From Promethearchaeota archaeon (GTDB lineage: Archaea > Asgardarchaeota > Lokiarchaeia > Sigyniarchaeales > SOKP01): DNA of 16,430 nucleotides. Shown in pieces: positions 14,743 through 16,430 of this stretch; position 1 is the stretch's first letter, and every line of letters starts with the position of its first letter. The stretch is from contig JBHLMQ010000062.1 of the NCBI GenBank assembly GCA_048938005.1, positions 1 to 16,430 of the forward strand, given 5' to 3'. The notes under the pieces are model-generated. The model ran no database searches and was not told the origin of the DNA. It was given only the letters and a program-made list of their open reading frames with translations. The position numbers and the translations under genes are program-made.

Positions 14743-14959
14743 ATATAATTTTTAATTAATTCATATTGATTTATTACCAATTAGCATTATTACATAGTTA
14801 TAAAATTTATTTATAGTTGTATATGATTCAAACAAATCCAATTTTAATTAAGTTTTAATAAAATTCTTTTTTTAACGAATTAAAACTTAGTATTTAAAAA
14901 ATTATACTGAACATTTGGATTTAAGACTACTAAAAGCATTCTATAAAAATTGAAACATT
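14743..14959. promoter_or_regulatory. Divergent promoter region between ridA and glycogen synthase
   Basis: AT-rich ~220-bp head-to-head spacer with TATA-like elements such as tatttaaaaa (~14891) and ttataaaa (~14798). Exact sites are not resolvable. Confidence 0.4.
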
Positions 14960-16430
14960 TTGAAAGGTACCAAAGATAATATTTGGATATTTACCTTCGA
15001 ATATGCGGGGATTGTGAAAGTAGGCGGTCTTGGAGAAGTACCCGCAAATCAAGCTAAACATCTAGCTAAAGATTATGAAATCACAGTTTTTATTCCATCA
15101 CATGGTCAAATGCAAGAGCTTGAAAAAACTATTAAATGGGAAAAGCAACCATTTAATTGTGTTGGACAAATAAATCCTTCACAGCTAGGGATAAACGAAC
15201 CAGAAACTACCTATAATATTTCGTTTTACAAATCGAAAATCAATGATGTAAATATTATTTTATTGCATGGTGAAAATCCATTTACTAGCAAAATATTAGA
15301 TGATAAGATCGTCTATAATCCTGATACACTTAGTGGAAAGATTTGCCTTTTTAGCATAGGAATGCGTTGTTATATTGATTTTTTAATTGATACCCGTATA
15401 GAAAATTTACCAGATATAATTCATATCCATGATTATCACGCGGTTATCCCTTTTATTGGAATTAAACAAATATTAGCTAAAAATGGGTTAGATGTATCTT
15501 CTATAATTACTATCCATTTACTAACTTGGCCAAGATATACAATTGATTTTTATAGGACATGTGGAATAGATGAGACACCCATTACCATACATTTAAAAGA
15601 AGGTCTTAAACCATTAACCCTATTTGAATTTTTCTCTATATGTGAAAAAATAAGTGGAAGTTATCAACCACCTTCAGTGGAGCAAATAGGGGCGTTTATT
15701 AGTGATTTAGTGACAACGGTAAGTCAGTCTTATTTAAAATCAGATATAATTCCAAATTGCGGCAAAGAATTAATTGAATTCAAATCTAATTTTGTCTGGG
15801 ATGGGTGTGATTGGGATTATGACGAGATTTTTCAACAAGTATTAAAAAATCATGAACATGAAATAAGAGAAACCTTAGATATATCCCATGAGAATGATCT
15901 AACGCTATCAGACATGAAGAAATATTTGTTAACTCATAAGTTATCCCATTTAGACAGAAGTCCTTTAATTCAATCTGAAAAAGTTTTGAAATTAATTAAT
16001 GAAATTTCAAACGGAAATGAATTTGTTAGAAACGGATATATTAAGGCTTTCAACGAATCAGGTCCATTAGTAATAACAACTGGAAGGATATCACCCCAGA
16101 AAGGATTTGAAACAGTTTTTGAAGCCATTCCTATGGTATTGAAAGTTATTTCTGATGCCAAATTCTTATTTCTTATATTACCTACTGATTATAGTTTAAA
16201 CGAAATTAGGAGTTATGCTCAATATGTTAAGAAGTATCCTAATAACATAAGAATTATTTTTGGAGTAGCTACAGATATTTTTCATCTCGCTCATATTTCT
16301 TCTGATGCTTATTGTGCTTTATCTAGATGGGAACCATTTGGTATTATTGCTTTAGAAGCAATGTCTACAAAACTGCCAGTAATCGCAACAAGAGTCGGAG
16401 GGTTTCAAGAATCTATTATAGATATTAGAA
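14960..16430 (+). CDS. glgA: Glycogen/starch synthase (GT5, GT-B fold), 3'-truncated by the window edge and absent from the ORF track
   Basis: My manual translation from TTG 14960 (in-frame TGA at 14951) is open to the end: MKGTKDNIWIFTFEYAGIVKVGGLGEVP (KxGGL ADP/UDP-glucose motif), 'PDIIHIHDYHA', 'ITIH', 'TTVSQSY', 'WDGCD', 'GRISPQKG', 'SRWEPFGIIALEAM' and 'RVGGFQESI'. Confidence 0.92.
   Translation, partial: MKGTKDNIWIFTFEYAGIVKVGGLGEVPANQAKHLAKDYEITVFIPSHGQMQELEKTIKWEKQPFNCVGQINPSQLGINEPETTYNISFYKSKINDVNIILLHGENPFTSKILDDKIVYNPDTLSGKICLFSIGMRCYIDFLIDTRIENLPDIIHIHDYHAVIPFIGIKQILAKNGLDVSSIITIHLLTWPRYTIDFYRTCGIDETPITIHLKEGLKPLTLFEFFSICEKISGSYQPPSVEQIGAFISDLVTTVSQSYLKSDIIPNCGKELIEFKSNFVWDGCDWDYDEIFQQVLKNHEHEIRETLDISHENDLTLSDMKKYLLTHKLSHLDRSPLIQSEKVLKLINEISNGNEFVRNGYIKAFNESGPLVITTGRISPQKGFETVFEAIPMVLKVISDAKFLFLILPTDYSLNEIRSYAQYVKKYPNNIRIIFGVATDIFHLAHISSDAYCALSRWEPFGIIALEAMSTKLPVIATRVGGFQESIIDIR

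Noticed and set aside
14915-14953. Tiny in-frame TTG-started ORF (MDLRLLKAFYKN-TGA) just upstream of glgA, suggesting TGA readthrough or a leader peptide
   Set aside because: GlgA homology starts right after TTG 14960, so no extension is needed. There is no SD or recoding signal, and such mini-ORFs are expected by chance.
13207-16161. ORFs 13207..13620, 13963..14370, 14490..14759 and 15970..16161
   Set aside because: Antisense shadows of the M20 peptidase, RidA and glycogen synthase genes.
1-16430. CRISPR arrays, tRNA/rRNA genes, IS elements, integrases or defence systems
   Set aside because: No regularly spaced repeats, GC-rich structured RNA-like segments, or transposase/integrase/nuclease motifs were seen. 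All spacers are short and AT-rich. A covariance-model search would be needed to exclude small ncRNAs.

Overview
AT-rich (about 30% GC by eye), gene-dense archaeal chromosomal segment. It is very probably from an Asgard archaeon (Lokiarchaeia-like), inferred from an ESCRT-III/Snf7 gene, a roadblock-domain gene, rpl35ae and archaeal-type 3-dehydroquinate synthase II occurring together. It holds 14 complete CDSs, a 3'-truncated glycogen synthase (14960..>16430) that the ORF track missed, and probably the first codons of a gene running off the left edge. The metabolic genes are a nucleoside/nucleotide kinase, GH57, an F420-type LLM, aroB', a core MetE-like methionine synthase, C69 and M20 peptidases, RidA and GlgA. 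Mixed among them are several proteins with eukaryote-like membrane-trafficking features: (i) a Vps20/32/60-like ESCRT-III; (ii) a 659-aa protein with a multi-CxxC FYVE-like zinc finger, a PH/GRAM/GLUE-like domain, an N/P/Q-rich disordered segment and a C-terminal Vps23/TSG101 steadiness-box-like hairpin, which is a candidate ESCRT adaptor; (iii) a stand-alone PH-like protein; (iv) a roadblock protein whose acidic tail carries ESCRT-III-like short motifs; (v) a zinc-ribbon CAAX-protease homolog that lacks most catalytic residues. The kinase also ends in a near-canonical PCNA-interacting (PIP) box. I saw no rRNA, tRNA, CRISPR array or mobile element. All family calls come from reading motifs by eye and need HMM or structure confirmation.
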